A DNA stretch of 64,000 nucleotides from Mobula hypostoma. Lineage: Eukaryota. Within the stretch, counting starts at the first letter, position 1. Each line of letters opens with the position of its first letter. Below, piece by piece: positions 27,341 through 40,930 of this stretch. The notes under the pieces are model-generated. The model was not told where the DNA came from. It ran no database searches and saw only the letters and a list, made by a program, of their open reading frames with translations. The DNA lies in assembly GCF_963921235.1 (NCBI RefSeq), contig NC_086097.1:128032001-128096000 (forward strand), read 5' to 3'. A program made the position numbers and the translations under genes.

Positions 27341-27660
27341 GGGCAGAGTGGGCAGCATTAAAATGGCACCAATGGCTGCCTTTTTGAGCCCATCTGTGGA
27401 AACAGCTTAAATTCCTCTTTTCTAATGACTCTTTTTTCACTTTTCAAGGTGGCTAGGGTTTTTTTGAGGTCCCTGATCCACAACACTGCACAAACTGTGT
27501 TTTTTCATGGTGGAAGTGTTCCCGCTCCTGAAGCTCACTGACCTGCTGTTTTCTGGCATTCTCTAGGCATGGCATGGAAGACATGCCTCCAGACTGAAAA
27601 TTTCAGGTTGTATACTGTATGCATTCTCTGATAATAAACTGAACTATTTTAAAATTTAAA
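27341..27660 (+). mobile_element. Short non-autonomous retroposon nested in CR1
   Basis: 5' aaaatggcacc head; 3' tttcaggttgtatactgtatgcattctctgataataaa tail. Confidence 0.55.
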
Positions 27661-28307
27661 TTAAATATATTTCCCTACACTGTATTCCATTTGCCACTTC
27701 CTTGCCCATTCTCTTCATCTCTCTGAGTCCTTCCACAGACTTCCTGCTTCCTTAGCACTACCAGTCCCGTCACCTATCTTCATATCATCCACAAACTTCA
27801 AAGTTCTAAGGTCAAGGTTCAAAGTAAATTATTATCAAAGTACAAGGATAGTACAACCCAGAGATTCATTTTCTTGTGGGCATTTACAGCAAATACAATA
27901 AACACTATAGAATCAATAGAAGACTGCCATCAACAAGACAGAAAAACAGTCATTGTGCAATGGAAAACAAACTGTACAAATACAAAAAATTTAATAATAA
28001 CAATAAATATTGAGAGCATGAAGTGAAGAGTCCTTGAAAGTGAATCCATAGCTTGTGCAAACACCCATCAATTCCATCATCCAGGTCAATGTGAAAAGTA
28101 GCAGTCCCAAGATTGACCCCTGCAGAAAGCCATTTGTCACTGGCAATCAACCAGAAACGGGTCCCTTTATTCCCATTCTCCCTCCTTCTACTTCTATATC
28201 TATGATGCTAAGAGGCTGTGCTACAATCTCACAAACTTCTGACTATGATATGACCCACATCGGGCAATAACTTTAGAAGTTCCTGCTGCCCAAAGACAGC
28301 CCAGTAA

Positions 28308-28740
28308 GTCAAAGTCAAAATCAAGGTCGAAATATTGTCAAATGCACAAACAAGCACATGTATGCACAGGCAAAATGAATAACTTAATTGCAGCAGTATC
28401 ACAGGCAAAGACTATCATGTAAGCAGAGTTCACAAGAAATACATAAATTAACCATAAATTTTACACATTTTTACAAGAAAGAACGTAATTAGAACAAAAA
28501 CAAAAGTTCGCTTTAATGCAAAGTAGTCAAAGTGGTCATTGTTTTGTTATGCTGAAGTTGTGATTGGGGTTGTGGAGTTTGGTTTAAGAACTGAATGGGT
28601 GAAGAGAAGTAGCTTTCTTGAACCTGGTGGTGTGGGACTTCTGACTTCTGTACGTAGCTGCAAGAATGTGGCAAGGCCTGGATGGTTGGGATCTTAGAAG
28701 ATGGTTGTTGCCTTTTTGAGGCAACGCCGCCTGTTGATAA
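28308..28740 (-). mobile_element. Rex1/Babar-type LINE 3' end
   Basis: (AAGTCA)n tail and agctttcttgaacctggtggtgtgggacttc motif. Confidence 0.7.
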
Positions 28741-28789
28741 TATCAGAGGGATGTGCCTGTCATGTACTTGTCTGAATAACATAGTAACC

Positions 28790-30200
28790 CACGTCACTGA
28801 CTATTGTCCAATTGCACTTACATCCACTGTGATCAAGTGTTTTGAAGGAGTGGTGATGAAACATATCAACTCCTGCCTGAGAAATGACTTGGATCTGCTC
28901 CAGTTTGCCCACTGTCACAGCAGGTTCATGGCAAATGCCATTTCATTGGCTCTTCACTCAATTCTGAAACATCTGGATAGCAATGATTCATATATCAGGA
29001 TGCCCTTTATTGACTAAGCTTCAGTACTATCATCCCCTCAAAACTAATCAATAAGCTTCAAGATCTTGGCTTCAATACATCTTTGTGCAATTGGATCCTT
29101 GATTTCTTCATGTGCGGACACCAGACAGTCCAGACTGGCAAAAACATCTCCTCCACAATATTCATCACCACAAGGTTGTGTGCTCGGCCCCCTGCTCTAC
29201 TTGTTTTAAATTTATGACTGTGTGGCTAAGCACAGCACCAAGGTCATATTTAAATTTTCTGACAACACCACTTTTTTTGGACAAATCAAAGGTGGTGATA
29301 AATCAGCATGTAGGAGACAGAATGAAAATTTGGCTGAGTGGTGCCATAACAACAACCTCTCACTCAATGTCAGCAAGACCAAGGAGCTGATTATTGACTT
29401 CAGGAGGTGAAAACTGGAGGTTGATAAGCCAGTCCTCACTAGGGGATCAGAGGAGGAGAAGGTCAGCAAGTTTAAATTCCAGAGGACCCGTCCAAGACCC
29501 AGCACAGAAGTGCCATTATGAATAAAGTCCAGCAGCACTTCTACTTCCTTAGAAGTCTGCAAAGATTTGGCAGGTCACCTAAAAGTTGGCAAACTTATAT
29601 ATGATGGAGCGTATATTGACTAGTTGCATCGTGGCCTGGAATGTCAACACCAATACTCTTGAATGGAAAATCCTATAAAAAGAAGGGGTTATGATCCAGT
29701 CCATCACAGGTAAAACCCTGCCCACCACTGAGCACATCTATATGAAGCGATGTTGCAGGAAAGCCATGTTCATTGTCAGATCATGATCTCTTTTCAGGAA
29801 GATGTTGCCATCAGGAAGAAAGTACAGGACCCACACCATAGGTTCAGGAACAGTTATTACCCCTTAGCCATCAGGCTCTTCAACCAAAGGGGATAACTTC
29901 ACTTAACGTGACTCGCTCCACCGCTGAACTGTTCCCATAACCTATGGACTCACTTTCTAGGACGTTTCATTTCATGTTCTCAATATTTATTGCTTATTTA
30001 AATTTATTATTATTTTCTTTTCTTTCATCTTTTCACATTTTGTTGTCCTTTGTGCACTGGTTGTTGTCCTTCCTGTTGGATGTGCTCTTTCATGTACTGT
30101 GTTTCATGGAATTGCTGTGTATGCCCACAAGAAATTGAATCTCAAGGTTGTAAATGATGACACGTACATACTTTGATAATGGAGTTACTTTGCACTTTGA
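28790..30200 (+). mobile_element. Rex1/Babar-type LINE, decayed RT to 3' end
   Basis: DYCPIALTSTVIKCFE, FKFSDNTT and WCHNNNLSLNVSKTKELIIDFRR motifs. Confidence 0.9.
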
Positions 30201-30404
30201 GTTTACTTGTCTGTATAAGATGAGTGCTCTTCTGCAGCTGATTTGCAGGCTCTGCATTGTGCTTGTCAATGCTTTATCCAGGCTTGGCTGCTGGTTGGAC
30301 ATAGGAAAGAGCATAATTTGTTATTGTCAAGTTTACTGTCATAGACGTATATACCCAGGGTATAAATGCCATGAACTCTGCCCTGGGTCAGGGCACTTCA
30401 CTCT

Positions 30405-31597
30405 GCCCTGACCCACCTGGACAGCCCCAACTCTTACGTCAGAATGCTGCCAATTGATTTTAGTTCGGCATTCAATACTATGATCCCCTCCAAGCTGATC
30501 ACCAAACTTTGCCAGCTTGGTATCTGCTCATCCCTCTGCAATTGGACCTTGGACTTTCTGACTAACAGACCCTAATCAGTTAAGTTAGACAACCTCTCGT
30601 TCTCCACTCTTACCCTGAACACCGGTGTGCCTCAAGGCTGTGTGCTAAGCCCTCTTCTGTGCTCCCTTTTCACCTATGACTGCTTTCCTGTACATGGTTC
30701 TAACTCCATGATCAGGTTCGCAGACGACACCACGGTGGTTGGTCTGATCAGAGGGGATGATGAGATGGCCTACAGGGATAAGGTCCAGCACCTGGCTGCA
30801 TGGTGAGCTGACAACAATCTGGTCCTTAACGCCCAGAAGACCAAGGAGATCATTGCGGACTTCAGGCATGCCAGGAGTCACACTCACATATCCATCCACA
30901 TCAACGGAACTGTAGCGGAGCGTGTATCAAGCTTCAAATTCCTTGGTGTCCACATTTCCGAGGATCTCACCTGGTCCCTGAACTCCTCCATCCTAATCAA
31001 AAAGGTGCAACAACGCCTTTATTTCCTATGGTGCATGAAGAATGCTCATCTGTGTCCCAGATACTGACGGACTTTTACCGCTGTACCATTGAGAGCATAC
31101 TCACCAACTGCATCTCAGTGTGGTATGGCAATTATCCTGTATTCGACTGCTAAGCTCTCCAGCGTGTGGTGAAAACTGCCCAGTGGATTATCGGCACCCA
31201 ATTGCCCACCATTGAGAACATCTACCATAAACGCTGCCTGGGCAGGGTGAAAAGCATTATCAGGGATGCATCTCACCCTAACCATGGACTTTTTACTCTC
31301 CTCCCATCTGGTAGGTGCTACAGGAGCCTCCGCTCCCGCACCAGCAGGCACAGGAAGAGCTTCTTCCCTGAGGCTGTGACACTGCTGAACCTCTCATCAC
31401 TAAGCACTAAGCAGTATTGCATCCGTATTGTACTGTCTCAGTACTTTTATATTTGTGTGCTGTAGCACTTTTTTAATTCACAATTATTTTGTAAATAACA
31501 CTATTTGCATTTCTGGTCAGATGCTAAATGCATTTCATTGGCTTTGTATCTGTACTTGGCACAATGACAATAAAGTTGGATCTAATCTAATCTAACC
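30405..31597 (+). mobile_element. Rex1/Babar-type LINE, 5'-truncated
   Basis: TGVPQGCVLSP, RFADDTT and HPNHGLFTLLPSGRCYRSL motifs; ends aatgacaataaag..(TCTAA)n. Confidence 0.92.
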
Positions 31598-31599
31598 TA

Positions 31600-32140
31600 A
31601 AAAAATTAGCGTTTATAGCAGCACATTAAAAATGTTACAAACACAAAATAACGTAACCTTAACATATGTAAATTATCCATGATTTACACAACAAAATAAA
31701 CAAAGTGATATTATTGCAAGTTGAAAGAAATATAATCTGAAGTATTGTTAAGGTTGTCAGGTGGGTTCAAGAATCTGATGGCAGGGTGGAAGAAACTGTT
31801 TTTGAAACTTGAGGTGTGGTACCTCCTGCAACAAGAAGAGGGCATGACATGGTTGGTGAGGGTCCCAATGATGGACGTTGCCTTCCTGAAGCTTCACCTT
31901 TTGTAGCTGGTGTGGAGAGCTTTACTCATGATAAAATTGGCTGAGTCCACTATCACCTGTAGCTTCTGCATTGGGGTTTCTGAACCAGGCCACAACGCAA
32001 CCAGTCAGAGTTATTTCCATGGTACTTATTGAAATATTTATCAGAGTCATACCAAATCTCCTTAAACTTTGGCATACATTTTTATGGTTACATTTCATGT
32101 GCTGAACCCAGGATAGATCCCCTGAGATGGTAACACCCTA
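31600..32140 (-). mobile_element. Old Rex1/Babar-type LINE 3' fragment
   Basis: ttcaagaatctgatggcagggtggaagaaactgtt motif; tail-to-tail with the previous copy. Confidence 0.6.
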
Positions 32141-33324
32141 AATTTAAATTCAGCACCATGCAAAGCTTACAGGAGGGCTCTTCATTCCAGTCACCTCACT
32201 TCCAGTTTCCTCACTTTGCCAATGAGGGATGATTAGAAAGGGAGTAGATAGTTACAGGCATAAGCCAGACAAATAGGATTAGCACAGATAAGCAGCGTAG
32301 TTGGCATGAAAGAGGTGCACTAAATGAGCCCATTTCCTTGCTATACATTTCTATGATATTTGAAACCACAGTAAAACAATCTATTAAAACTGTAATGAAC
32401 CTTGTAGTGCTCACTTGTGTTAAAAGCTCACCTATCTGTGCCATTCTTAGCTCTGAAGACTTCAGAAGTATTCTGTGCACATTTGCTGATATGTTGTCCC
32501 TGTAAGCTGATTTATGTGAAAATCAAAAACTTAGCCTAAACTTAGACATTTTTTTCATTAGGAATAAGCAGCTTTGTTTACATAAAATAGAACATTTTCT
32601 AATGAGAAAAGTTAAAGACAAATTGAGGAAATATAATTGTAGAACAAATTGCTCCATCCAGGAAAATAGTTAAAAGGGATAGTTTTAGGGGACAGGTGCT
32701 GAATACATCTATAACCACAGCTTCAGGCTGTTTTCTTTATATTTTCTGTTATAACATTGAGGAAATTCACACTGGGAATTGTCAAACTAGCAATTCTGTA
32801 ATGAAGAAGACAAAGGCAAAGGAAATGGCTACAGCTGAGATTCCAAAGGCTTCCAAATGCATCAAACTGCCTCAATTGCCAATTATTTCAATGCCAGAAC
32901 TATTATTAAGTTCTGCTCAGCTTTATCCATTGTTAGAAAGACTTGGATTTCGAAGGCATTGTTCATGATACCATTAATAATTTATGTCCAATAAATCTTC
33001 TCTTGTCAGTGTTATGATTTAGGAAGTATAGCAGGCAAGTTGAGCATAGTAAGCCCCCTGAACAATGTCATAATGACCACATAATAAACCAGAAAATTCA
33101 TCTATGCACAAACAAGATGAATTTTGTGCAGGACCTCTTGAGTTCATCCACGTACACGCCTTTTAAGCATAAGAAGTATATAGAAGTCATTGTGTGCGTG
33201 TTTTAAGTTAATTGCACCATTTATGGATATGATATGCAACTCTAGGAATGATTTGCCTAGAGGTGCATAAATGTCACTTCTTGAAGATTATTTGTTGCTG
33301 TGACAACATCATCAATATCATCAG

Positions 33325-33804
33325 TGTTAGGGTGAATTCTGGAGTTATGGAATATAGCAAATATTAATTTCAACAGCAACCAGTCTTCAGATCTGAATAT
33401 GGATTGTACATTGAAGTTGAAATGCAGCTCAGAACAATGGTGTTCTTTAGCTGCTGACTACAAACCAAGAAACACTCATTGATCTGAGATATCTGCATAT
33501 GCATGAAGGTAGCTTAGAGACAATGGTGATTAGCATTCACTTCGGGTGTCTCAAGTGTTGGTGTGAAGATCTAGGTGCTTGAAAATTATGTGCAATATAA
33601 ATTAAGCATTGTGGATACATTGTAACTATGGAATTGTCTTGCCATCCTTTGATCTTTAGCATATAAAAATGTCATGTAATATTGAATCAAGGAAACTCTT
33701 CGTCCAAGTGTGTCTTCAGTATGATGCCTGCTTGTTTTGCTGAATAAAGACTTATATCCACCAGCTTCAATGTCTCTCTGGTGACATCATTCAGAGTCAC
33801 AACA
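33325..33804 (+). mobile_element. Solo LTR with 5-bp TSD
   Basis: TGTTAG...CACAACA termini, exact ATCAG duplication (33320-33324 and 33805-33809), TATA and AATAAA. Confidence 0.85.
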
Positions 33805-34814
33805 ATCAGTACTCACTTTTTAATTAATAGATAAAGTGGTGCAAAATATGCATCTTAAGTATGCATATTTCACTCAGCAGAAATTGGAGCAAAATACAAA
33901 GCAAGACATTGAAGAGTCCCTACTGGGACTAGGCTTTTGCTGTTGGATTGTACCTGACTGGAGGTTATTAGTGTGTCCCTGATAGAGTCTGTCTCTGCAG
34001 AGTTCCCTGTTCTGACCTTTGCCTCTCAGTGAATTGGAGCTCATTTGAGTAGAAGATGAATTGCAAGGCATTTGACAAGTTGTGGGTCAGCAGGAGGGCT
34101 GTGTGGTCAGATATGGGGTAGACGTGTATTCTTTTTCCACTTGTATTTTCTCATCTGTCAATGGCATTCTTTTATCTACCAACCGTGACTGTCAAAGAGA
34201 GAGGTAAAAATTCAATGGGAAAGATTATGTATGTTTACCTGGTACCCATGGAAATGGTTCTAACCCACTTCTCATGCTCTTCAGTAGCTATGCTATAACA
34301 AAGGTCATCTCTGCTGGCACCTGCAAATGGAAATATTGTAGGATATGTTTTAACAAAATGAGAATAGCTCCTCTAATGATTGTTAAAGGCATTTTCTTGT
34401 TTTTACCAATTTAGCCATTTTGAATTGGTCCCTATGGATATGTTTAAATCATAAAAAATATGTGCAATTCAATCTCTAGATAATTTTATTCGAGTAATGT
34501 AAGGCCCAAAGAGATCTAATACCCACTCAATATGGCAGACAGGGCTTCAGTTTAATCTTTACCAAAACATAGCACATTTCCACTTGAATTTTTTGTATCC
34601 AAGTCTCTGTAGAACATAATACTTGATCCATAATTACTGGTTTATGGATGGGATGCACTTTGTCTTTTCATGACAACAAATATTGAATTGTTTCAGTAAT
34701 GAAGATGCATCAATTCATCCCCAGTGTAATGACAAATCAATGTGAGAAACCAGTTAAAGCATCCTGGATAGATGGGTATGTAAAGCTACCCAGAATTTGT
34801 CCATGCCCTGGAGA

Positions 34815-35270
34815 AGCCACTGTACCTAGTAAAGAGGTCCCTGAGCGTATGTTCATTGTCTTCTGCTGCTGTAGCCTACCTACTTCAAGGTTTGACGTGT
34901 TGTACGCTCAGAGATACTCTTCTGCACACAACAATTGTGACGCATAGTTATGTGAGTGACTGTTGCCTTCCTGTCTGCTTGAACCAGTCTGGCCATTCTC
35001 CTCAGACCTCTCTCATTAACAAGGCATTTTTGTCCATGGAACTATCACTCACTGGATATTTTTTTTTGCACTATCCTCTGTAAAATCTATGTGAAAATCC
35101 CAGGAGATCAGGAGTTTCTGAGATACTTAAACCACCTCATCTGGCACCAAAAATCATACCATGGTCAAAATCAATTAGATCACATTTCTTCTCCATCCTG
35201 ATCTTTGGTTTGAACAACAACTGAATCTCTTGACCGTGTCTGCTGAGTTGCTGCCACATGATTAGCTGTT
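34815..35270. mobile_element. Tc1/mariner-type non-autonomous relic
   Basis: gtacctagtaaagaggtccctgag TIR-like end; gaaaatcccaggagatcag...gagatact internal blocks resemble fish Tc1 derivatives. Confidence 0.55.
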
Positions 35271-35722
35271 TGCCCCACTACAGGAAAGGTGTGAAGGCTT
35301 TGGAAAGGATGCAGCAAGGATTTGCCAGGATGCTGCTTGGATTAGAACTACAAGGAGAGATCGGACAAACACATGTTGTTTTCTCTAGAGCACTGGAGTC
35401 TGAAGGGAAACCTGAAGGAAGTTTATAAAACTATGAGAGACATAAAGAGGGTAGACAGTTAGAATCCTTTCTTCAGGGTAAAAGTAGCAAATACTAGGAT
35501 GTAGAAAGTAAGAGGAGGAAAGTTTAAAGTAAATATGCTGCCAGGTAGTACCAGAAGCAGATACGATAGTGGTGATTAAGAGGCTTTTAGATGGACATTT
35601 GAATATGCACAGAATGGAGGGATATGTATAGGATTGCATACAGGAAGAAGGGACATAATTTAATTCAACATCATGCTCAGTGCTGAAAGGTCTGTTTCAG
35701 TGGGCTGAAATGTCTGTTCCTA
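35271..35722 (+). mobile_element. CR1 LINE 3' fragment
   Basis: ALERMQQGFARML and VYKTMR motifs plus 3' UTR. Confidence 0.75.
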
Positions 35723-35747
35723 GAGGTAGAAGACTTTCAGGACTGTG

Positions 35748-35907
35748 TCCCACATGCCCTATTAGCACCCCACCAATTGTCATGTCACTTGCCCTTATTA
35801 GCAGGTAATTTGCATTAGATAGTCGAACTACCAGCATATCCTTCAGATCTGGAAGGAAACCAGAGCTCTCGGGGGAAACCTATGCTGTCACAAGGAGAAG
35901 GTATAAA
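35748..35907 (-). mobile_element. V-SINE-like fragment (inverted partner of 36728-36949)
   Basis: Reverse complement aligns to about 36790-36949. Confidence 0.7.
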
Positions 35908-36196
35908 TGTGGATTGAGTCCCCAAGGGAGAAGTTTTGGAAGGCCACCTCTGAAGACTTCATCTCACCATGGTCCATAAAAACCTACAAATAAATTTAAA
36001 TTTCCCTTTGATAAGCAATTCTCTGTAGAATAGTTTCCTGAGACAGAAATAGGTAATATTCACACATGGAGGGGGTCACAAATGTGGATAGGGTCCCCAA
36101 GGGAAGAAGGTTTGGAAAGCTACCTCTGAAGACTTTATCTCCCCATTCTCTCTGATAAGCAATTCTCTGTAGAATAGAGTTTCCTGAGCCAGAAAT
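35906..36196 (+). repeat. Diverged direct duplication (35906-36051 and 36081-36196)
   Basis: Shared aatgtggat..gtccccaaggga..acctctgaagactt..tgataagcaattctctgtagaatag..tttcctgag.cagaaata. Confidence 0.85.
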
Positions 36197-36727
36197 AATT
36201 ATTATTCTATAGCCTCACCTCCAAATCCCACCCCTGCACAGAACATTCTCATATGCAAGGCTGAGTCTGTGGTCACACTCAGCTTCATTCTCAGTAGCTG
36301 TGGCGGATTTCTGCCATCCGATTCCTGAGGCTCTTCAATCCTCTCTTTTCCTTTCAGGACAGAAAGTGAGGTGGAGTGGGTAGTGGACGGACCAGCATTG
36401 CAAGTTTCTCCAAAGTTTAATGTTACAGGCACTTCAGTGTCTCTACTTCTGAAGTAGAGGTCCTTTCGTCAATTGTAAAAGCTTCCTCTCCCTCAGCAAC
36501 CAGGTCATGGTGGACCCTGAAAGAAGCTTCCTCACAAGCTGGGAGTTAATGTGACTCCTTCATTCTAAGATGCTGACAGCTGTCTATCATCTTTCAGTTA
36601 AAGGCTTTGCCCGTGAATGGATGTTAGTGGATGAAGTCTAGCTCTTTCTTCCATCATGTCCGACTATTGTGTAATCTTCAGGCAATGTAGCTGAGTTTTA
36701 GCATTATACAAACCATAAGAGTGCTTC

Positions 36728-36949
36728 AGCTGGCTCACAGTTCCAACATCATGGGTTCAGTCCTGAGCTCTGGTGCTTTCTGTGTGGGGTTTGTGCCTTC
36801 TCCTTGCGACAACATTGGTTTCCCCCTGAGAGCCCTGGTTTTCTCCCATATCCGAAGGACATGCTAGTAGTTCAACTACCTAATGAAAATTGCCTGCTAA
36901 TGAGGGCAAGTGAAATGACAATTGGTTGGCGGCTAATGGGCAAGTGGGA
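36728..36949 (+). mobile_element. V-SINE-like SINE
   Basis: B-box-like gggttcagtcc followed by a V-domain-like core. Confidence 0.7.
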
Positions 36950-37264
36950 GAGAATAAGTTTACCGGGAAATGAAAGACAATAAAGACAATTATCATCCAA
37001 GTTTCCATAAGAAGAAACACAATCTCTCAATAGCATATGTGGAAAACACTCAGCTATGTCTCAATGACAGACAACACATGCTGGAACAACTGAACAATTA
37101 GCTTAAGGTTGTAGAATCGATCATGATCTAAATCCATGGTTTATCTTGTCTCTTGAGTAGTCTCTGTTCATGGATACAAATCAATATGCCAGACATACAT
37201 AAATTCTGAAGTAAAAGAAATGCATTGGGAGGTCTCTTCACCTTACAATTAAGGTAGAAATGCA

Positions 37265-37620
37265 ATTTTCCCACTCCGGCCACTTAACCCTTCTCATCCG
37301 CCTATCTCCTCCTAATGGATCCCCTCTTCCTATCCTTAATCCCATGGTCCACCCCACTCTCCTATCAGATTCCTTCCCCTCCAGTCCTTTACCTTTCCTG
37401 CCAACCTGGCTTCACCTACCACCTTCTAGCTACTCTCCTTCCCCTCTTCCCACCTGTTTATTCTCTTATCTTTCTCCTTCCTTTCCAGCCCTGATGAAGG
37501 GTGTCAGCTCGAAACGTGGAACGTTTATTCATTTCCATAGATGCTGTCTGACCTGCTGAATTCCTCCAGAATTTTGTGTATGTTGCTTTAGAATTCCAGC
37601 ATCTTCCAATTTCTCATGTT
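37265..37620 (+). mobile_element. Penelope pLTR fragment
   Basis: CT-rich tract, ctgatgaagggtgtcagctcgaaacg, then catagatgctg.ctgacctgctg. Confidence 0.8.
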
Positions 37621-37624
37621 TAAA

Positions 37625-38495
37625 TATGGTGATAGGTGGAGGGGAAGGTAGTTTTGAAGAAGTAGAGACGGCACAGAGGGCCTTAAACAGATCAGGAGAA
37701 CGGGCAATGAAATGGCAGATGGATACAGTATCGGGAAGAGTATGGTCATGTACTTTGATAGAAGAAATGAAAGGGGTAACTATTTTTTAAATGGAGAGAA
37801 AATACAAAAAACTGAGGTGCAAAGGGACTTGGGAGTCCTTGTGCAGGATTCCCTAAAGGTTAATTTGCAGGTTGAGTCTGTGATGAGGAAGGCAAATGCA
37901 ATGCTGGCATTCATTTTAAGAGGACGAGAATATAAAAGCAAGGATGTAATGTTGAGACTTTATAAAGTACTGGTGAGGCTTCACTTGGAGTATTGTGAGC
38001 AGTTTTGGCCAACTTATCTGAGAACAGATGTGCTGAAATTGGGGAGGGTTCAAAGGAGGTTCACGAAAGTAATTCGAAGTTTGAATGGCTTGTCATATGA
38101 AGAATGTTTGACAGCTCTGGGCCTGCATTTGCTGAAATTCAGAGGAATAAGGGGTGACCTCCTTGATAGAGTGGATGTGGGGAGGATGTTTCCTATGGTG
38201 GGTGAGTCTAAGACCAGATGACACAGCCTCAGAAGAGAAGGGTGTCCTTTTAGAGTGGTGATGAGGTGCAACTTCTTTAGCCAGAGGGTGGTATAACTAT
38301 GGAATTCTTTGCCACAGGCAGCCATGGAGGCCAAGTCTTTATGTATATTTAAGGCAATGGTTGATAGATTTTTGATTGGTCAGAGCATGAAGAGATATGG
38401 TCAGGCAGGAGATTGGGGCTGAAAGGAAAATTAGAAAACTAGATCAGCCATGATGAAAGGGTCTAATTCTGCTCCTATATCTTATGGTCTTATGG
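37625..38495 (+). mobile_element. CR1 LINE 3' part
   Basis: ORF 37712-38221 QRDLGVLVQDSLK...LVRLHLEYCEQFW and a (TCTTATGG) tail. Confidence 0.9.
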
Positions 38496-40930
38496 CTTTA
38501 TGATCTACCATTTCCTCTGAGGTGTCTAGCTTATATATCTGACTGGCTCATTTCACACATTGTAATTGATATACTTCTTCAGTTGTCATCTTAGAGTGAA
38601 CAGCTCCTTCCGTCAACAATCTTGCACCAATCAAACGTAATGCTTTGAGGCTAAATTGGCTTAATAAATAAGTGGCCATAATCAATTTACAAGTAAATTG
38701 GAAACCATCAAGATGTATAGTGTTACAACTGAGGAGTGGGTTGATGCTACTTGTGCTTGTACAGGGGGCTTTGGGGTTCTTATGTTTTTTCTCTGTCATT
38801 CATTTTTTTGTGGTTTTTCTTCTGTGCAGAATACGAATTTCAGGTTGTATATTGTATACATTCTCTGATATTAAATGGAACCATTAAAGTTTAATAGATG
38901 TCATGCTTTTTCTTGCTTTTCTAGGAATATTTAGAATGGACTTTTTTGTAGCTGCAGATATTTTGTGCATTTTGTATGACAGACTGGAGAATGTCCTAAA
39001 CATTTAAGGTGTGACCTCACCAACCTTCTTCAGAATGGTTCCTGTGGAGCAATATGGGTAACAGAAGAGTTTTCTTCACTCTCCTCCCTAAATCCAATCA
39101 TCTCAATCTTGTTATGCACATCTATAACTTGACCTCCAGGAGAGTGATACAGTGATGAAGGGTGCTTTGATCTCCCCACATCAGTTACAGGCACTTCAAC
39201 CTTAGATTCTGCTTACCTTCCTTATCTAGGGCTTCTAGCAAGATGTTATATCATTTTGCTGCAGTATTGGGATCATTTAGGCATTGAGACCTGCTGCCTA
39301 AATAATCTAACACAGCAATAAAAGGCAGAACATCTTGGTATCTGTTGAGGTCCCGAATCCTCTTCCTGAATTTCTTATATTACAGGCTGTCTCATGTTGG
39401 AGGTGAGATCCATCTCGACTTCATGCCAGGTCTACTTTGCAGTTTCAAATACTGTTTATACACAGTAACTCTTATGTCTTGCTCAGTGATGCTGAGTGGG
39501 GTAGGATGAGTTTGTTGAGGACCTCATTTTCTCCCTTCTTGATAACATTAGGTTTTGCCTCTTCCTGAATGTCTCAACAGAGATGTAAATTTAGAACTTT
39601 CTCCCCTCCACTTGCCACCAAGCACTTAGGATTTTTGTTGCAGTTGTAGGCTTATTCAGGCACTAGGTCTTAACGCCCTACACAGCCAGACAGAGACACT
39701 GTTCCCTTCCTCCTCCCACACTTGCTGACAGCCAGACAGAAAGAGTCCTCACCCGATTTCTTCCCCACATTCAATGTCAGCCACACTTATCATCATCAGC
39801 AAACAACACGCAGCCGGAACTCAATGGGTCAAGCAGAATCTGTGGGAGGAAGGGAAATGTTGATGTTTTGCTTCAGTGGGCCCCAGACTACAGACTCAGG
39901 TTGCATGCACAGTTTCCCTTTAAGGAAAAGGAAATGCAGAAAGTGTACTGGGTTGCAAGTATCATTGCAATGCAGAGCCCTTAGAGCCCCACTCCCTGTT
40001 GTCCTGCAGGTGATTGTACAGTCTCTGCAAAACTGAAGACCTCAGAGCAAGATTGCAGTACCAGAGGGACATCATGAACTGCTTTATACTTTGCTTTCTG
40101 GAAACGTGGTTCACCCCCACCATTTTGGACTTCATCCACCACAAGGACAGGACTGCAGAGTCTCTTAAAGGTACATGAGGTGGAGTGTGTTTCATGGTTA
40201 ACTCATTGTGGTGCAGAGACCCGGCTTGGAACATTCAGTGGTCAAGTGTCATTCATTTTGTCTGCAAGGGAGTTTTCTATTGTCATCCTGTTAGTGGTGT
40301 ACATTCCAGCCTGGCCACCTCTGGAAAATAGCAATAGCTATGTCAGGCTGCTGTTTATTGATTACAACTCAGAGATCAACACCATCTTACCCTCAGTACT
40401 AATCAACAAGCTCCAAAACCTGGGCCTCCGTACTTCCATCTGCAACTGGATCCTTGACTTCCTCATCAAGAGACCACAGTCAGTATGGATCAGAAATAAT
40501 ATCTCCTCCTTGCTGATATCCAACCCTGATGGACCTCAAGGATGCATACTTAGTTTACTACTCTACTCTCTTTACATCCATGAATGTGTGCCTAGGCACA
40601 TCTCAAACACCATCTATAAACATTCTGAAGACACAGTTATTGTTGGCAAAATTTCAAATGCTGATGAGGAGGCGTACAGAGCTAAATAGATCAGCTGGTT
40701 GAGTGTTATCTCAAAAATAACCTTGCCTTCAACATTAGTAAGACCAAGGAATTGATTGTGGACTTCAAGAAGAGGAAGTTGAGGGAACACACACTAGACC
40801 TCATCAAGGGATCAGAAGTGAGCAAGGAAAGAGTGAGCAGTTTCAAGTTCCTAGGTGTCAACATCTTTGAGGATCTATCCCAGGTCCAACATAATGACGC
40901 AATTACAATGAACGCATGACAGTGGCTATA

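Larger units (their letters stand above)
25650..28180 (-). mobile_element. CR1 LINE broken by three insertions (CR1 pieces about 25650-26334, 27247-27340, 27671-27798, 28055-28180)
   Basis: The CR1 sequence rejoins across each insertion, e.g. actcccaag|tcccttcgcacctctgatttc and catacact|ttccctacactgtattcc. Confidence 0.8.

Noticed and set aside
32696..32968. 90-aa ORF in unique DNA (also 36202-36432 and 16807-17191)
   Set aside because: No recognisable domain or convincing splice sites; lengths are within chance expectation.
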